Part shown: piece by piece, positions 40,936 to 52,438 of the stretch | How positions within the stretch are numbered: position 1 is the stretch's first letter | Layout of the letters: the number at the start of each line of letters is the position of its first letter | Program-made: the position numbers and the translations under genes | The notes under the pieces: model-generated | Told to the model about the DNA's origin: nothing | What the model saw: the letters and a program-made list of their open reading frames with translations, nothing else | Databases searched by the model: none | Source: Alphaproteobacteria bacterium | GTDB lineage: Bacteria; Pseudomonadota; Alphaproteobacteria; Bin95 | Assembly: GCA_965205265.1 (NCBI GenBank) | Contig: CBDBGH010000003.1 | Location: 1,920,001 to 1,984,000, forward strand | Direction of reading: 5' to 3' | Length of the DNA stretch: 64,000 bases

Positions 40936-42357
40936 ATGTCGCTCAACTGCAAGACGCCCGAGGATGTGCTCAAGGCAATCCAGGACAACGATGTCCGCCA
41001 TGTGGACCTGCGCTTCACCGACCCGCGCGGCAAGTGGCAGCACACCGCCCAGTATGTGACGACCATGGACGAGGATGTCTTCGTGGACGGCATCTTCTTC
41101 GACGGCTCCTCCATCGCCGGCTGGAAGGACATCAACGAGTCCGACATGATCCTGATGCCGGACCCCACCACGGCCACCATGGACCCGTTCATGGCGGAGA
41201 ACACCATGGTGCTGTTCTGCGACGTGCACGAGCCGTCCACCGGCATGTCCTATGAACGCTGCCCGCGCTCGGTCGCCAAGAAGGCCGAGGCCTATATCCA
41301 GGAAGCGGGCATCGGCGACACCGCCTATTTCGGCCCGGAAGCCGAGTTCTTCGTGTTCGACGACGTGCGTTTCGACGTGTCGATGAACCGGACCTTCTAC
41401 ATGCTCGACAGCGCGGAAGGGCCCTATAACTCCGGCACGGAGTTCGAGGAAGGCAATCCCGGCCACCGCCCGGACGTGAAGGGCGGCTACTTCCCGGTCC
41501 CGCCCGTGGACAGCGGCGCGGACATGCGCTCCGAAATGGTCTCGACCATGGCCGAGATGGGCCTCGAAATGGAGAAGCACCATCACGAGGTGGCGCCCTC
41601 CCAGCATGAGCTCGGCCTCAAGTTCGGCACCCTGGTCGGAGCCGCCGACGCGCTGCAGATCTACAAATACGTGACCCATATGGTCGCGCACAGCTACGGC
41701 AAGACGGCGACCTTCATGCCGAAGCCGGTGATCGACGACAACGGGTCCGGCATGCATGTCCACCAGTCGGTCTGGAAGGACGGCCAGCCGCTCTTCGCCG
41801 GCCACGGCTATGCCGACCTCTCGGAGTTCGCGCTGCACTATATCGGCGGCATCATCCGGCATGCGAAGGCCATCAACGCCTTCTCCAACCCGCTCACCAA
41901 CTCCTACAAGCGTCTCATTCCGGGCTTCGAGGCGCCGGTGCTGCTGGCCTATTCGAGCCGCAACCGCTCGGCCTCCTGCCGCATCCCCTATGTGGCGAGC
42001 CCGAACGGCAAGCGCGTCGAGGTGCGCTTCCCCGATCCGGGGGCGAACCCCTATCTCGCCTTCGCGGCCATGCTGATGGCGGGCATCGACGGGGTCATCA
42101 ACAAGATCCATCCGGGCGAGCCGATGGACAAGAACCTCTACGACCTGCCGCCGGAGGAGCTGGAAGGCGTGCCGACCGTCTGCGGATCGCTCCGCGAAGC
42201 GCTCGGGAGCCTGGACGCGGACCGCTCGTTCCTCACACGCGGCGACGTGTTCTCCGACGACCTGATCGACGGCTATATCGACCTTAAATGGGAAGAGGTT
42301 TACGCCTTCGAGCACACGCCGCACCCGATCGAGTTCAAGATGTATTACAGCGTCTGA
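40936..42357 (+). CDS. glnA: Glutamine synthetase type I
   Basis: FDGSSI.GW, HHHEVA, ATFMPKP, NGSGMH, adenylylation motif NLYDLP. Confidence 0.97.
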   Translation: MSLNCKTPEDVLKAIQDNDVRHVDLRFTDPRGKWQHTAQYVTTMDEDVFVDGIFFDGSSIAGWKDINESDMILMPDPTTATMDPFMAENTMVLFCDVHEPSTGMSYERCPRSVAKKAEAYIQEAGIGDTAYFGPEAEFFVFDDVRFDVSMNRTFYMLDSAEGPYNSGTEFEEGNPGHRPDVKGGYFPVPPVDSGADMRSEMVSTMAEMGLEMEKHHHEVAPSQHELGLKFGTLVGAADALQIYKYVTHMVAHSYGKTATFMPKPVIDDNGSGMHVHQSVWKDGQPLFAGHGYADLSEFALHYIGGIIRHAKAINAFSNPLTNSYKRLIPGFEAPVLLAYSSRNRSASCRIPYVASPNGKRVEVRFPDPGANPYLAFAAMLMAGIDGVINKIHPGEPMDKNLYDLPPEELEGVPTVCGSLREALGSLDADRSFLTRGDVFSDDLIDGYIDLKWEEVYAFEHTPHPIEFKMYYSV

Positions 42358-42381
42358 CCGGGCGGCAGGCGGAAAACAGCG

Positions 42382-42413
42382 CGAAGCCCCGCCCCGGCGG
42401 GGCTTCGTCGTTT
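42382..42413 (+). terminator. Hairpin terminator after glnA
   Basis: CGAAGCCCCGCC-cc-GGCGGGGCTTCG followed by TCGTTT. Confidence 0.7.
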
Positions 42414-42430
42414 GCGGGCCGGGGCCCTCC

Positions 42431-43960
42431 TCAGGGGTCCGGCTGCTCCGCCTCCAGATCGCGGAGTTCGGTTTTCACCACCTTGCCGTAATTGTTCTTC
42501 GGCAGCGCCTCGACGAAGCGGTAGGCCTTGGGCCGCTTGAAGCGGGCCATGCTGTCGAGGCAGTGGCGGTCGAGCGCGTCGGGCGCCGGGCTCTCGCCGG
42601 CGGCGACGACATAGGCGATGACATTCTCGCCCCATTCCGGGTCCGGCCGGCCGATCACCGCCACCTCGCTCACCCCCGCATGGGTCAGCAGCACCTCCTC
42701 GATCTCGCGCGGATAGATGTTGGTGCCGCCCGAGATAATCATGTCCTTCGAGCGGTCCTTGAGCGTCACATAGCCTTCCTCGTCGATGATTCCGACATCG
42801 CCGGTATGGAGCCAGCCACCCCTGAGCGCCTCCGCCGTGGCATCCGGGTTGTTCCAGTAGCCGTTCATCACGACCTCGCCGCGCACCTGTATCTCGCCGA
42901 TCTCGCCCGGCGGCAGGGCGCGTTCGTCCCGGTCGGCGATGCGGACCTCGACATTGGAGAAGGCCCGCCCGGCAGACGCCAGCCGCTGCTCGTAGCGGGG
43001 ATGGTCCACCTCCGCGATCTCCTCGCGGCGCAGGCTCGTGATCGTCATCGGGCACTCGCCCTGGCCGTAGATCTGGATAAGCTTCGGCCCCCAGAGCTCG
43101 AAGGCGCGCTTGGCGTCGGCCACATACATCGGCCCGCCGCCATATACGATCGAGCGCAGATTGGCGACATCCGCGCTCTCCGCCGCCGGGTGGTCGATCA
43201 GGCGCTTCACCATGGTCGGCGCCGCGAAGAAGCTGCTGCCCCTGTAATGCCGGATCAGCGCGAAGATCTCTTCCGGGTCGAACCCGCCCTCCGTCATCAC
43301 CTGGGGGCTGGCGCGGACGACGTAGGGAATGCTGTAGCAGCCGGAAGCGTGGCTGAGCGGCGCGGGATGCAGCACCGCATCGCCCTCCGCGATCTCGTCC
43401 ACATCCGAGAAGTAGCCGAGCGTGCAGTGCATCAGGTTCCGGTGCGAAAGCGCGGCGCCCTTGGGCCGGCCGGTCGTGCCGCTGGTGTAGAACAGCCAGG
43501 CGTTGTCCGTCGGCGCGACATCGGCGAGCCCGATCCGCTCGCCTTCGTAAAGCGCCCGAAAACCGGCGTCTCCGACCACGAGCATGCGTTCGACCTCGGG
43601 CAGGTCATCGCAGACCGGGGCCAGAGCGTCCGCCAGGTCCGGCGTGACGGCCACGGTCCGCGCGCCGGAGTTCCCGAAGATATAGGCGAACTCGACCGGA
43701 TGCAGGCGGGCGTTGACGGGCACGGCGCAGAGGCCCGCATGCCATATGCCGTAGAGCAACTCGATATATTCCGGGCAATTCTTCATCGCGATGGCGACAC
43801 GGTCGCCCGGCCGGAGGCCGGACGCCCGGAGCGAGCCCGCGATGGCAGCGGATCGGCCGGCAAGCGTGCGGTAGTCGGAATGGGGCTCGAAGGCATGCGC
43901 CAGCGCAAGGCTGTCGGGCCTGGCGCGGGCGGCGCGGATCAACAGGGCGGCCAGGTTCAT
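42431..43960 (-). CDS. AMP-dependent acyl-CoA synthetase
   Basis: YTSGTTGRPKG, YGQGE, LHTGD, KDMIISGG, NYGK. Confidence 0.92.
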   Translation of the reverse strand: MNLAALLIRAARARPDSLALAHAFEPHSDYRTLAGRSAAIAGSLRASGLRPGDRVAIAMKNCPEYIELLYGIWHAGLCAVPVNARLHPVEFAYIFGNSGARTVAVTPDLADALAPVCDDLPEVERMLVVGDAGFRALYEGERIGLADVAPTDNAWLFYTSGTTGRPKGAALSHRNLMHCTLGYFSDVDEIAEGDAVLHPAPLSHASGCYSIPYVVRASPQVMTEGGFDPEEIFALIRHYRGSSFFAAPTMVKRLIDHPAAESADVANLRSIVYGGGPMYVADAKRAFELWGPKLIQIYGQGECPMTITSLRREEIAEVDHPRYEQRLASAGRAFSNVEVRIADRDERALPPGEIGEIQVRGEVVMNGYWNNPDATAEALRGGWLHTGDVGIIDEEGYVTLKDRSKDMIISGGTNIYPREIEEVLLTHAGVSEVAVIGRPDPEWGENVIAYVVAAGESPAPDALDRHCLDSMARFKRPKAYRFVEALPKNNYGKVVKTELRDLEAEQPDP

Positions 43961-44039
43961 CCTCGATCTCCGGAAAGAGTCTGCGGTAAGTCAAGCAAGC
44001 CTTGCCCTCCCGCCGCAAGCCCCGGCGCGGACACGCGGT

Positions 44040-45239
44040 TCAGCCGCGGCTCACCGCGACATGCGCATCCTTGCGGCGGTCGAGGTCCGGCAGCAGCTCC
44101 GTGCCGAGCCCCGGTCCCTCGGGCGGCAGGATCCAGCCGTTCTCCACGGTCGGGATCGTCGTGACCAGCTCCCGGTACCAGCCGGTGTAGAACGAACGCA
44201 CGGACTCCTGCACCAGCGCGTTCGGCACACTGAGCGATAGGTGGACGCAGGCCATGAAGGCGACCGGGCCCGAGCAGTCGTGCGGGGCGACCGGGCGGTG
44301 ATAGCTGTCCGCCAGCGCCGCGATCTTGCGGGCCTCGGTCAGCCCGCCGCACCAGGAAATGTCGGGCATGGCGATGCCGCAGGCCCCGGTCTCCAGCAGG
44401 TCGCGGAACTCCCACTTGCCGCCGAGCGTCTCGCTGACGCAGATCGGCACGCGGGTCTTGGCCGCGTAGTCCTTGAGCGCGGCGAGGCTGTCCATGCGGA
44501 TCGGGTCCTCGTACCAGAAGGGGTCGAACGGCTCGATGGCGGCCGCGACCCGGACCGCCGCCGGGTGGCGCCAGAGCGAGTGCAGCTCCACCATGATGTC
44601 CATGGCGTCGCCCACCGCGCCGCGTATCTTGCGGAACGGCTCCAGCGCCCGGTCGAGGTCGCGCGCGGAGATGTAATAGCCGTCGGACTCGATCGCCGCA
44701 TGGTCGAACGGCCAGATCTTCATGCCGGTGATGCCCTGCTCCAACAAGCTCAGCGCCAGCTCGTCGGCGCGGTGGAGGAAGGCGTCGAGGTCTTCGTAGG
44801 GGCCTTCGTCCGCGCCCTCCAGCCCCCAGTCGTCCGTGCCCCAGTCCGGGCGGCTGCGCACATAGCGGTAGCCGGCGCAGGTATTGTAGGTGCGGATGCG
44901 GTCCCGGCTGAGGCCGCCGAGAAGCCGGTGGACAGGCTGCCCGGTCGCCTTGCCGAGCAGGTCCCAGAGCGCGATGTCCACAGCCGACCGGCCCCGCGCC
45001 TCGGCCCCAGCGCCTGAGAAGCCGATATAGGGGGTAAGGTCCCGCCCGATGCGCTCGATGGCGCCCGGGTCGCGCCCGAGCAGCTTCGGCGCCGCGGACT
45101 CGTGCAGATAGGCCTCGACCGCGCGGGCCCCGAAAAAGGTCTCGCCGAGGCCCACCGGCCCCTCGTCGGTATGCACCCGCACCCAGAGCACATTGGGGAA
45201 CTCGTCGAGCCTGATGGTTTCGAGCGCCGTGATCTTCAT
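44040..45239 (-). CDS. Mandelate racemase/muconate lactonizing enzyme family (enolase superfamily)
   Basis: GLGET, DIALWD, KIWPF, MVELH, WYEDP, APHDC, GPGLG. Confidence 0.88.
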   Translation of the reverse strand: MKITALETIRLDEFPNVLWVRVHTDEGPVGLGETFFGARAVEAYLHESAAPKLLGRDPGAIERIGRDLTPYIGFSGAGAEARGRSAVDIALWDLLGKATGQPVHRLLGGLSRDRIRTYNTCAGYRYVRSRPDWGTDDWGLEGADEGPYEDLDAFLHRADELALSLLEQGITGMKIWPFDHAAIESDGYYISARDLDRALEPFRKIRGAVGDAMDIMVELHSLWRHPAAVRVAAAIEPFDPFWYEDPIRMDSLAALKDYAAKTRVPICVSETLGGKWEFRDLLETGACGIAMPDISWCGGLTEARKIAALADSYHRPVAPHDCSGPVAFMACVHLSLSVPNALVQESVRSFYTGWYRELVTTIPTVENGWILPPEGPGLGTELLPDLDRRKDAHVAVSRG

Positions 45240-45302
45240 GCGTCGCGTCCTTCCCGTCCCTTCCGCTCTCCTCGCCGGGCACGATAGGGCTATGCTCGGG
45301 CC

Positions 45303-45791
45303 ATGTCAGGGAAAACGCTCATTGTCGTCGATGTGCAGAGCGGCTTCGTCAACGGGCACACCCGCCATATCGTTCCCGCCGTCGAACGGCTGCAGGCGGG
45401 CTATGACCGCATTTACGCCACCCGCTTCGTCAACGCCCCGGCCTCGCCCTGGCGACGGTTCATGGACTGGCGGCGCTTCGCAGAAGGCTCGGCGGATGCG
45501 GAGCTTGCATTCCGGCCTGCGGCGCACGCCGTCATCGTCGAGAAGCATGTCTATAGCTGCGTGAACGACGCGCTCCTCCGCGACCTGCGGGACCGGGGAA
45601 CGACCGAGGTTTCCCTCTGCGGCATCGACACCGACGCCTGCGTGCTGGTCTCGGCGGTCGATCTTTTCCAGAACGGCATCCGCCCGGTCATTCTCGCGGA
45701 CGCCTGCGCCAGCCATGCCGGCCCCGAATATCACGAGGCCGGGCTCCGGCTGCTGGAGCGGCTCGTCGGGAAGCGCCAGATCGTTCGCTGA
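45303..45791 (+). CDS. Isochorismatase / cysteine hydrolase family protein
   Basis: LIVVDVQ.GF, K..YS, GIDTDACV. Confidence 0.85.
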   Translation: MSGKTLIVVDVQSGFVNGHTRHIVPAVERLQAGYDRIYATRFVNAPASPWRRFMDWRRFAEGSADAELAFRPAAHAVIVEKHVYSCVNDALLRDLRDRGTTEVSLCGIDTDACVLVSAVDLFQNGIRPVILADACASHAGPEYHEAGLRLLERLVGKRQIVR

Positions 45792-47981
45792 CAGGAACGG
45801 ACAGGCGCGTCAGACCCTGCCGGCGCTGGCGATGGCGGCCATGTTGAGCAAGCCGCGCACGGTGACGGCGGGCGTCACGATATGCGCCGCGCCGTCATAG
45901 CCGAGCAGCACCGGGCCGATAGGCTGGGCGTTGCCGAGCGTGGTCAGCGCATTGATGGCGGCATTGGCGGCGTCCATACCCGGAAAGACGAGGATGTTCG
46001 CGCGATCGGTGAGCCTGGCGCCCGGCAGGAAACGGTCCCGCGCCGCCTTGTCGAAGGCGAGATTCAACTGCATTTCGCCCTCGAATTCGAAATCCGCTGC
46101 CGTTTCCGCGAGGATCTCGGTCGCCCGGCGCATCCGGGCCGCGCTCGGGCTGGAATGGGCGCCGAAATTTGCATGGCTCACCAGCGCAACGCGCGGCGTC
46201 AGGCCGAAGGCGCGCACCTGCGCCGCCGCCATGCGGCAGATGCCGGCGATCTGCTCGGCGCCCGGCTCGTAATTCGCATAGCCGTCGGCGATGAAGACCG
46301 TGCCGGCGTCCATGATGAGCGGGACGAGGGTGGAAACCGTCTCCTCGCCGGCGCCGAAAATGCGCGCGATGCGCTCCAGATGGGTCGAGAACTCGCCGCC
46401 CGTGCCGCAGATCATACTGGCTGCGCGGCCCTCGCGGACGAACATCGCCGAGGCCAGCGTATCGCTCGTCCGGAACAGCTTGCGCGCGGCGTCGGGACCG
46501 ATGCCGTCGCGCGCACGGAGGCTGTGGAGCAGCGCACCGTAGTACTCGACCGCCTCCTCGCTTTCATGGTCGAACACCTCGAAGTCGCGGCCGGGCGCGA
46601 TCCCGAGGCCAAGCTCCGCGCAGCGCGCCGCCACCCGCTCGGGCCGCCCGGTCGCCACCGGGACCGCCACCCCTTCGTCCAGCACGTTCCGGATCGCCCG
46701 AAGCACGCGGTCGTCCTCGCCCTCGGCGAACACCACCCTGCGCGGCGCGGCGCGGGCGCTGTCGAAGAGAGGCCGCATCAGGAAGCCGGTGCGGTAAACG
46801 AAGCTGGTGAGCCTGGCGCGGTAAGCCCCGATATCGTCCAGCGGGCGCAAGGCGAGGCCGCTCTTCATCGCCGCCCCGGCGACTGCCGGGGCGATGGCGC
46901 CCAGCAGCCTCGGATCGAACGGCCGGGGCAGGAGGTAGTCGCGGCCGAATTGCAGCCGCCGGTCTCCGTAGGCGCGCGCTACCTCGTCGGTGACGCCCTC
47001 GCGCGCGAGCGCCGCCAGCGCGTGGACGCAGGCGAGTTCCATCCCCCGGTCGATCCCGGTTGCCCCCGCGTCGAGCGCGCCCCGGAAGATGAACGGGAAG
47101 CACAGCACATTGTTGACCTGGTTCGGATAGTCGCTCCGGCCCGTGCAGACGATGGCGTCCGGCCGCGCGGCGTGGACGTCCTCGGGCATGATCTCCGGCG
47201 CCGGGTTGGCCAGCGCCATGACCATCGGCTCGGGGCCCATGCGCCGGACCTGGTCGGCACTCAGCACACCGGGACCGGAGAGTCCGAGGAAGATCTCCGC
47301 GCCGTCGATGACTTCGTCCAGGGTCCGGGCACCGCTCTCCTGGGCGAAGGCGGCCTTGTGCGGCTCGGCGTCGCGGTCCCGGTGGACGAGGCCGTCGATA
47401 TCGACCAGCCACACATTCTCCCGCCTGAGGCCGAGGTCGAGCAGCATGTTGAGGCAGGCGATGCCGGCCGCACCGCCGCCGGTGGAGACCAGCTTGACCC
47501 GCCCCAGCTCCTTGCCGAGCAGGTGCATGCCGTTGACGATGGCGGCGGCCACCACAATGGCGGTGCCGTGCTGGTCGTCGTGGAAGACGGGGATGTTCAT
47601 CTCCGCCTTCAGCCGGTCCTCGACGAGGAAGCAGTCCGGCGCCTTGATATCCTCCAGGTTGATGGCGCCGAAGGTCGGCTCCAGCCGCCGGATCGTATCG
47701 GCCAGCGCGTCCGGATCGCTCTCGTCGATCTCGATGTCGAACACATCGATATCGGCGAACTTCTTGAACAGCACGGCCTTGCCTTCCATGACCGGCTTGG
47801 CGGCGAGCGCCCCGATGCCGCCGAGGCCCAGCACCGCCGAGCCGTTGGTCACCACCGCCACCAGGTTGGACCGCGCGGTATAACGCGCGGCGTCCTCCGG
47901 CCGCTCGGCGACCGCCCTGCTCGCCTCGGCGACGCCCGGCGTGTAGGCGAGCGCGAGATCGCGCTGGTTGGCGAGTGGCTT

Positions 47982-49897
47982 CCTGACTTCGACGGTTGAT
48001 TCGCATAAGTAGTTGATATTGCCTGGTTCTCATTTCGGCTAGGCACTACATCCGGCATTTCTTCGAGCCGTGCTTCGTCGACGGTCAGGCGAGTTGATAC
48101 GGGGTGATCGTCAGGGGCAGCCCCATGGTTGCGTAAATCTGCTCCGCCGCCGGTGTCGGCTTCGAGGGGATGACGTAGCGGTTGCCCGATTGCCGACAGC
48201 GCAGCAGGGAGCACTGGCGGTGGACGAGGGCGGAGCGGATGACCTCCGGGGACATCCGCCGCTTCTGGATGGCGACGCGGTACGCAAGGTGTCGAACGCA
48301 GGCGAAGGCCAGGAAGGCGATGGCGATGTGAGCGCGGATCCGGTCCGGGTTCCAGTGCCAGATGGGACGTATCTTCAGGTCGTGTTTGGTGATCCGGAAG
48401 CTCTCCTCGACCTGCCAGAGCCCCTGGTAGTGAGCCATCACTTCGGTGACGCGCGCGTCGCGCAGATTGGTGATGACGCCGGTGAGCCCGTCCCATCGTG
48501 CGGCCTCGGCGATCTTCTCCGGGTTCACCGTGAGCCGTGCGTCGCCCTCGACGGCGATGAAGCGCTTCGCCCCGTGATTGGAGAGCAGTTCCCTGGGATT
48601 GTCGCTGCGGGCCAGCCTGTCGAGCAGGCGTTCCACCTGATGGCGGCGCTCGTGCGCGTCCTTGCGTGCGCGCTGGGGGCAGAAGACGACGATCAGGCGA
48701 CGGCCCTTGTACTCCCACTCGCCGACCCGGCGGTCCTGTGAGCCCTCCAGCGGGGCATAGGTCCCGGGGTCGAGAACCTGCCCCAGCAGCGCGAGCGGCA
48801 GCTTGCGCAGCCGCGCGCCGACGACATACTCGCCGCCGATGGCGTCCATGGCGTCGAGGTTGTCGGCGCTCAGCATGCCCCGGTCGGCCACGCATACCGT
48901 GCGCTCCACCTGGTGGCGGCGCTGCATGTCCTGCAGGACCGGGACCATGCTGTGTCCCTCGTAGGTGGCGCCGGGGAAGACCTCGTAGCTGATCGGCAGC
49001 CCTTCGCGCGTCACCATCAGCGCCAGCAGAACCTGCGAGTCCTTGTGTTTGCCGTCCTTGCTGAAGCCGTGCTGGCGAAGCTCGTCCTCGGCGGCCGTCT
49101 CGAAGTAGAGCGTGGTGCAATCGAAGAAGAGGATCGCGACCGGCTCCGGCAGCAGCGACCGGCTCGCCTCGCCGACGCGCGTGCGCAGTCGCTCGATCAC
49201 CGTCGCGTCGAGCTGATCCATCATCCGGTAGACCTTCTCGAGCGGAAGACTCACGCCGAAGTCCTCCTCGAGCCGGCGCACGCTGCCCCGCTTGCTGTCG
49301 GGGTTGGCTACCCGCGCCATCACCACATGGAACAGCGCGTCATGGGAGGCCCGGTAGCGCGAGCGCGGCAGCAGCGCGTCGAGGCCCAGCAGCCGGTAGA
49401 TCTCGCCATAGACCTCGTGGATGCCTGTGATCAGGCGCTGCTCCTCTTCAAGCTGCTTGAGGTCGACCGGGAGTTCCTCCTTGCCGTCCCCCCGGCGGCC
49501 GACACGGATCGCCTGCTCAGCGATCTTCTCGGGCGCAAACAATGCCGGCTGACGCTCGTCCTCCAGCTTCGCCTTGACGTACTCGCCGAGCTGCCTCAGG
49601 CGCTCGAGCTCGTCCTCGTCCATGGCCACGCCGACATGGCGGACGATGCGCTGTCGGACCTTGCCGCCGTCGCGCACGGCCTCGACGATCTGGACCGAGC
49701 GTCGCGGGCTGTTGGGGGAGGTCTTGATGCGCACGAACATGGGGGGAGTGTAGCGCGTGGCGGAGGCATTGACAGTCTCAAAGATTTACTAGGCACTACA
49801 ACGCAGCTTGACCGCACCGCAACTGCCAACTCATTGGCTTTACTGAAAACTCCAGACGCGAGATCGGTCAGAAGTCAGCCCAACCGTCGAAGTCAGG
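47982..49897 (-). mobile_element. IS1634-family insertion sequence, copy 2 (1916 bp)
   Basis: Same TIRs and identical transposase protein as copy 1; 38-bp direct repeat 47944-47981 / 49898-49935. Confidence 0.94.
48085..49740 (-). CDS. IS1634-family transposase
   Basis: Identical 551-aa translation to 4398-6053. Confidence 0.92.
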   Translation of the reverse strand: MFVRIKTSPNSPRRSVQIVEAVRDGGKVRQRIVRHVGVAMDEDELERLRQLGEYVKAKLEDERQPALFAPEKIAEQAIRVGRRGDGKEELPVDLKQLEEEQRLITGIHEVYGEIYRLLGLDALLPRSRYRASHDALFHVVMARVANPDSKRGSVRRLEEDFGVSLPLEKVYRMMDQLDATVIERLRTRVGEASRSLLPEPVAILFFDCTTLYFETAAEDELRQHGFSKDGKHKDSQVLLALMVTREGLPISYEVFPGATYEGHSMVPVLQDMQRRHQVERTVCVADRGMLSADNLDAMDAIGGEYVVGARLRKLPLALLGQVLDPGTYAPLEGSQDRRVGEWEYKGRRLIVVFCPQRARKDAHERRHQVERLLDRLARSDNPRELLSNHGAKRFIAVEGDARLTVNPEKIAEAARWDGLTGVITNLRDARVTEVMAHYQGLWQVEESFRITKHDLKIRPIWHWNPDRIRAHIAIAFLAFACVRHLAYRVAIQKRRMSPEVIRSALVHRQCSLLRCRQSGNRYVIPSKPTPAAEQIYATMGLPLTITPYQLA

Positions 49898-50079
49898 TAG
49901 GCGAGCGCGAGATCGCGCTGGTTGGCGAGTGGCTTGGTCGCACGGATGGCGAGCTTGCCCGGCCTCCCCGCCTCGTGATAGCGCAGCGCATCCCCGTTCA
50001 TCGCCTGCCTCCCCGCGCAACGGCCGGCCCCTGACAACGGGCAGTTTACATCCAACGACGCAGTCGGATGCCTGGCCCG

Positions 50080-51210
50080 TCAACCGATCCCGAAGCGCAG
50101 CAGCCGGCCTGCCGCAAGCGCGGCCGCCGGGCGGGGGACGGGGCCGGAGGGATCGACCAGCAGGATGTCCGCGCGCATGCCCTCGGCGAGCGCGCCCCGG
50201 TCGTCCAGCCCTGCCGCCCGGGCGGGATTGGCGGAGACCAGCGGCCAGGCCTCCTCCAGCGGCAGGACGCCCTCTTCCGCCAGCCGGAACGGAGCCAGCA
50301 GCAGGGCGGGGTAGTAGTAGTCCGAGGCGAGCACGGTGCAGAGGCCCTTGCGCACCATGTCGGCCGCCCCGGGCGAGCCGGTGTGGCTGCCGCCGCGCAG
50401 CACATTGGGCGCGCCGAACACGACCGCCTCGCCCGCCGCCGCCGCGTCCCGCGCCACCTCCTCCACTTCCGGGAACTCCGAGATGCGCACGCCCAGGCTG
50501 CGGTAGAGGCGGCGGTCCTCCAGCGTTTCCTCGTCATGGGCGAGCCGGACCACGCCCGCTTCTTCGGCCGCCGCCGCGATCCGGCGAAGGGCCGCCGGGA
50601 CTTCGGGCGCGCCTTTCCGCACCTCTTCCAGCAGGCCGCGAAAGGCGTCATGCGAGACCCCCGCGCGGCCTGCATACTGCCCGATCTTCTGCTCGTCGCG
50701 GCAGCACTGCTCGTAGATTTCCTCGAAATGGTCGTTGAAGGCGAGCAGATCGACCTTCCCCGCCCTGAGCCACTGAGAGAGCTCGTCCATGGCGGCCAGG
50801 TTCCAGGTCTCGATGCGCAGATGCAGGCGGGTATCGACGACCAGCCGGCCCTCAAGCGCCTCCAGCGCCGCCATCAGCGCCACCAGCGTGCCGCGCCCGC
50901 GCAGGCCCGGCTCCCAGGACCAGGTGACCGCGTGGAAGGCCGTGGTGATGCCGTTGGCGGCCATCTGCCGGTCGGTGTCGAGCAGCGCCACATCCAACGG
51001 GAAATGCACGCCCGGGCGCGGCATGACCTGACGCTCGAAGGCGTCGCCGTGGATGTCCACGATGCCCGGCAACACCAGCAGCCCGCCGGCGTCCAGAACC
51101 TGCCCGCCCGCGCCGCCGGCGTCAGCGATCTGCCCGTCGGCGACGGCAAGGTCGCGCCGCTCGAAACCGCCTTCCGGCGCCAGCACCCGTCCGCCGGTAA
51201 TCGTCAGCAA
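50080..51210 (-). CDS. phnM: PhnM-like amidohydrolase (alpha-D-ribose 1-methylphosphonate 5-triphosphate diphosphatase family)
   Basis: LPGIVDIHGD, PRPGV, FNDH, SEFP, GAPNVLRGGSH, LASDY; TTG start inferred. Confidence 0.82.
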   Translation of the reverse strand: MLTITGGRVLAPEGGFERRDLAVADGQIADAGGAGGQVLDAGGLLVLPGIVDIHGDAFERQVMPRPGVHFPLDVALLDTDRQMAANGITTAFHAVTWSWEPGLRGRGTLVALMAALEALEGRLVVDTRLHLRIETWNLAAMDELSQWLRAGKVDLLAFNDHFEEIYEQCCRDEQKIGQYAGRAGVSHDAFRGLLEEVRKGAPEVPAALRRIAAAAEEAGVVRLAHDEETLEDRRLYRSLGVRISEFPEVEEVARDAAAAGEAVVFGAPNVLRGGSHTGSPGAADMVRKGLCTVLASDYYYPALLLAPFRLAEEGVLPLEEAWPLVSANPARAAGLDDRGALAEGMRADILLVDPSGPVPRPAAALAAGRLLRFGIG

Positions 51211-52073
51211 GCGCCTGCCGCCTCTTTGAAGCGCGCGAGCGCCTGTATGCGCTCCTCCACCGACTCGACCCGGTAGAGCGGGTAGAGCGTCAGCAGGGTC
51301 GCGCCGAGCGCCCGCCAGCCTTCCGCCGCGGCCGCCCATTGCTGCACATCCGGCGAGTCGGCGCGCATCCAGGCGTCGATGCCGAAGGAGGCGGGGTCCC
51401 GCCCTTCCGCTTCCAGCAGGCCGTGCAGGGTCTCGACCAGCCGCCTGCCGCCGTCGTCGGGCCGCGCGATGGGAATCCACCCGTCGCCGATCCGCGCCGC
51501 GCGGCGCAGCACGGCCGGATGCGTGCCGCCGAACCAGACCGGGATCGGGCGCTGCACCGGCAGGGGGTTGAGCCCGGCATCGGCGAAGCCATGCCAGCGG
51601 CCTTCGGCCGTCACCAGCTCCTCGGTCCAGAGCCGGCGCATCAGCGCCACCTGTTCCGCCTGCCGGGCGCCGCGCGTCTCCCAGTCCTCGTTCAGCGCCT
51701 CGTATTCGACGAAGTTCCAGCCCGTGCCGATGCCGAGCCGGAGCCGCCCGCCGGAGAGGATATCCACCTCCGCCGCCTGCTTGGCGACCAGCGCCGTCTG
51801 GCGCTGCGGCAGGATGAGCACGCCGGAGGCGAGCCCGATGCGCTCCGTGCAGGCGGCCAGATAGCCCATGGTGACGAAGGTCTCGTGGAACTGGTCCCGG
51901 TGGGTGTAGGGCGGCTTCCAGCCTTCGCGCGAGGTGGGGTCGGCGCCCAGCACATGGTCCGGCACAGTGATCCAGTCATAACCCAGCTCTTCGGCCGCCT
52001 GCGCCCAGTCGCGTATCGCGGCGAAGTCGGAGCCGAAATCCCTGGTCGGAAAAAAGGCGCAAAGCCCGGCCAT
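51204..52073 (-). CDS. LLM-class (probable F420-dependent type) oxidoreductase
   Basis: PDHVLG, LILPQRQTALVAKQAAEVD.LSGGR.RLG.G.GWN. Confidence 0.85.
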   Translation of the reverse strand: MAGLCAFFPTRDFGSDFAAIRDWAQAAEELGYDWITVPDHVLGADPTSREGWKPPYTHRDQFHETFVTMGYLAACTERIGLASGVLILPQRQTALVAKQAAEVDILSGGRLRLGIGTGWNFVEYEALNEDWETRGARQAEQVALMRRLWTEELVTAEGRWHGFADAGLNPLPVQRPIPVWFGGTHPAVLRRAARIGDGWIPIARPDDGGRRLVETLHGLLEAEGRDPASFGIDAWMRADSPDVQQWAAAAEGWRALGATLLTLYPLYRVESVEERIQALARFKEAAGAC

Positions 52074-52190
52074 CGTTCACTCCCGTCGCTTCGGAGCCGC
52101 CAGTATAGACCGGAGCCGCCGGCACGGCAGGCCGGATAATCCGCCCGACCGCCGTCAGCGCAGGTCCCGCTCCACCATGCGAACAATTTT

Positions 52191-52438
52191 GGAGATTACA
52201 AAGATAGGTTGACGGGGGAGACCGACGACATTTCTTCCGTCATACCTCAACGCCCCCTCCGTCACGTCCCCTCCGTCATACCCGGACTTGTTCCGGGTAT
52301 CTCTCTCCACCGCTGCCACCGGACGGCCGCATGGATACCCGGAACAAGTCCGGGTATGACGATATGGGGGCGGGTTGGACGCCGGAGAGAAGGTGCGAAG
52401 CCTCCCAAACCTGTTGTCAACCTATCCATATAAGCCCC
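52191..52438. mobile_element. 248-bp IS1595-type MITE, copy 2 (intact, inverted relative to copy 1)
   Basis: TIRs GGAGATTACAAAGATAGGTTGAC / GTCAACCTATCCATATAAGCCCC; 8-bp TSD ACAATTTT at 52183-52190 and 52439-52446; internal REP doublet. Confidence 0.9.

Larger units (their letters stand above)
45810..50001 (-). pseudogene. maeB: NADP-dependent malic enzyme with PTA-like domain, interrupted by IS1634
   Basis: N-terminus MNGDALRYHE...KPLANQRDLALAY at 50001-49898 continues as KPLANQRDLALAYTPGVA...VVTNG from 47981; KPVMEGK, NLEDIKAP, HDDQHGTA. Confidence 0.92.

Noticed and set aside
45810-47861. 683-aa ORF as an intact malic enzyme
   Set aside because: The true N-terminus lies beyond the IS at 49898-50001
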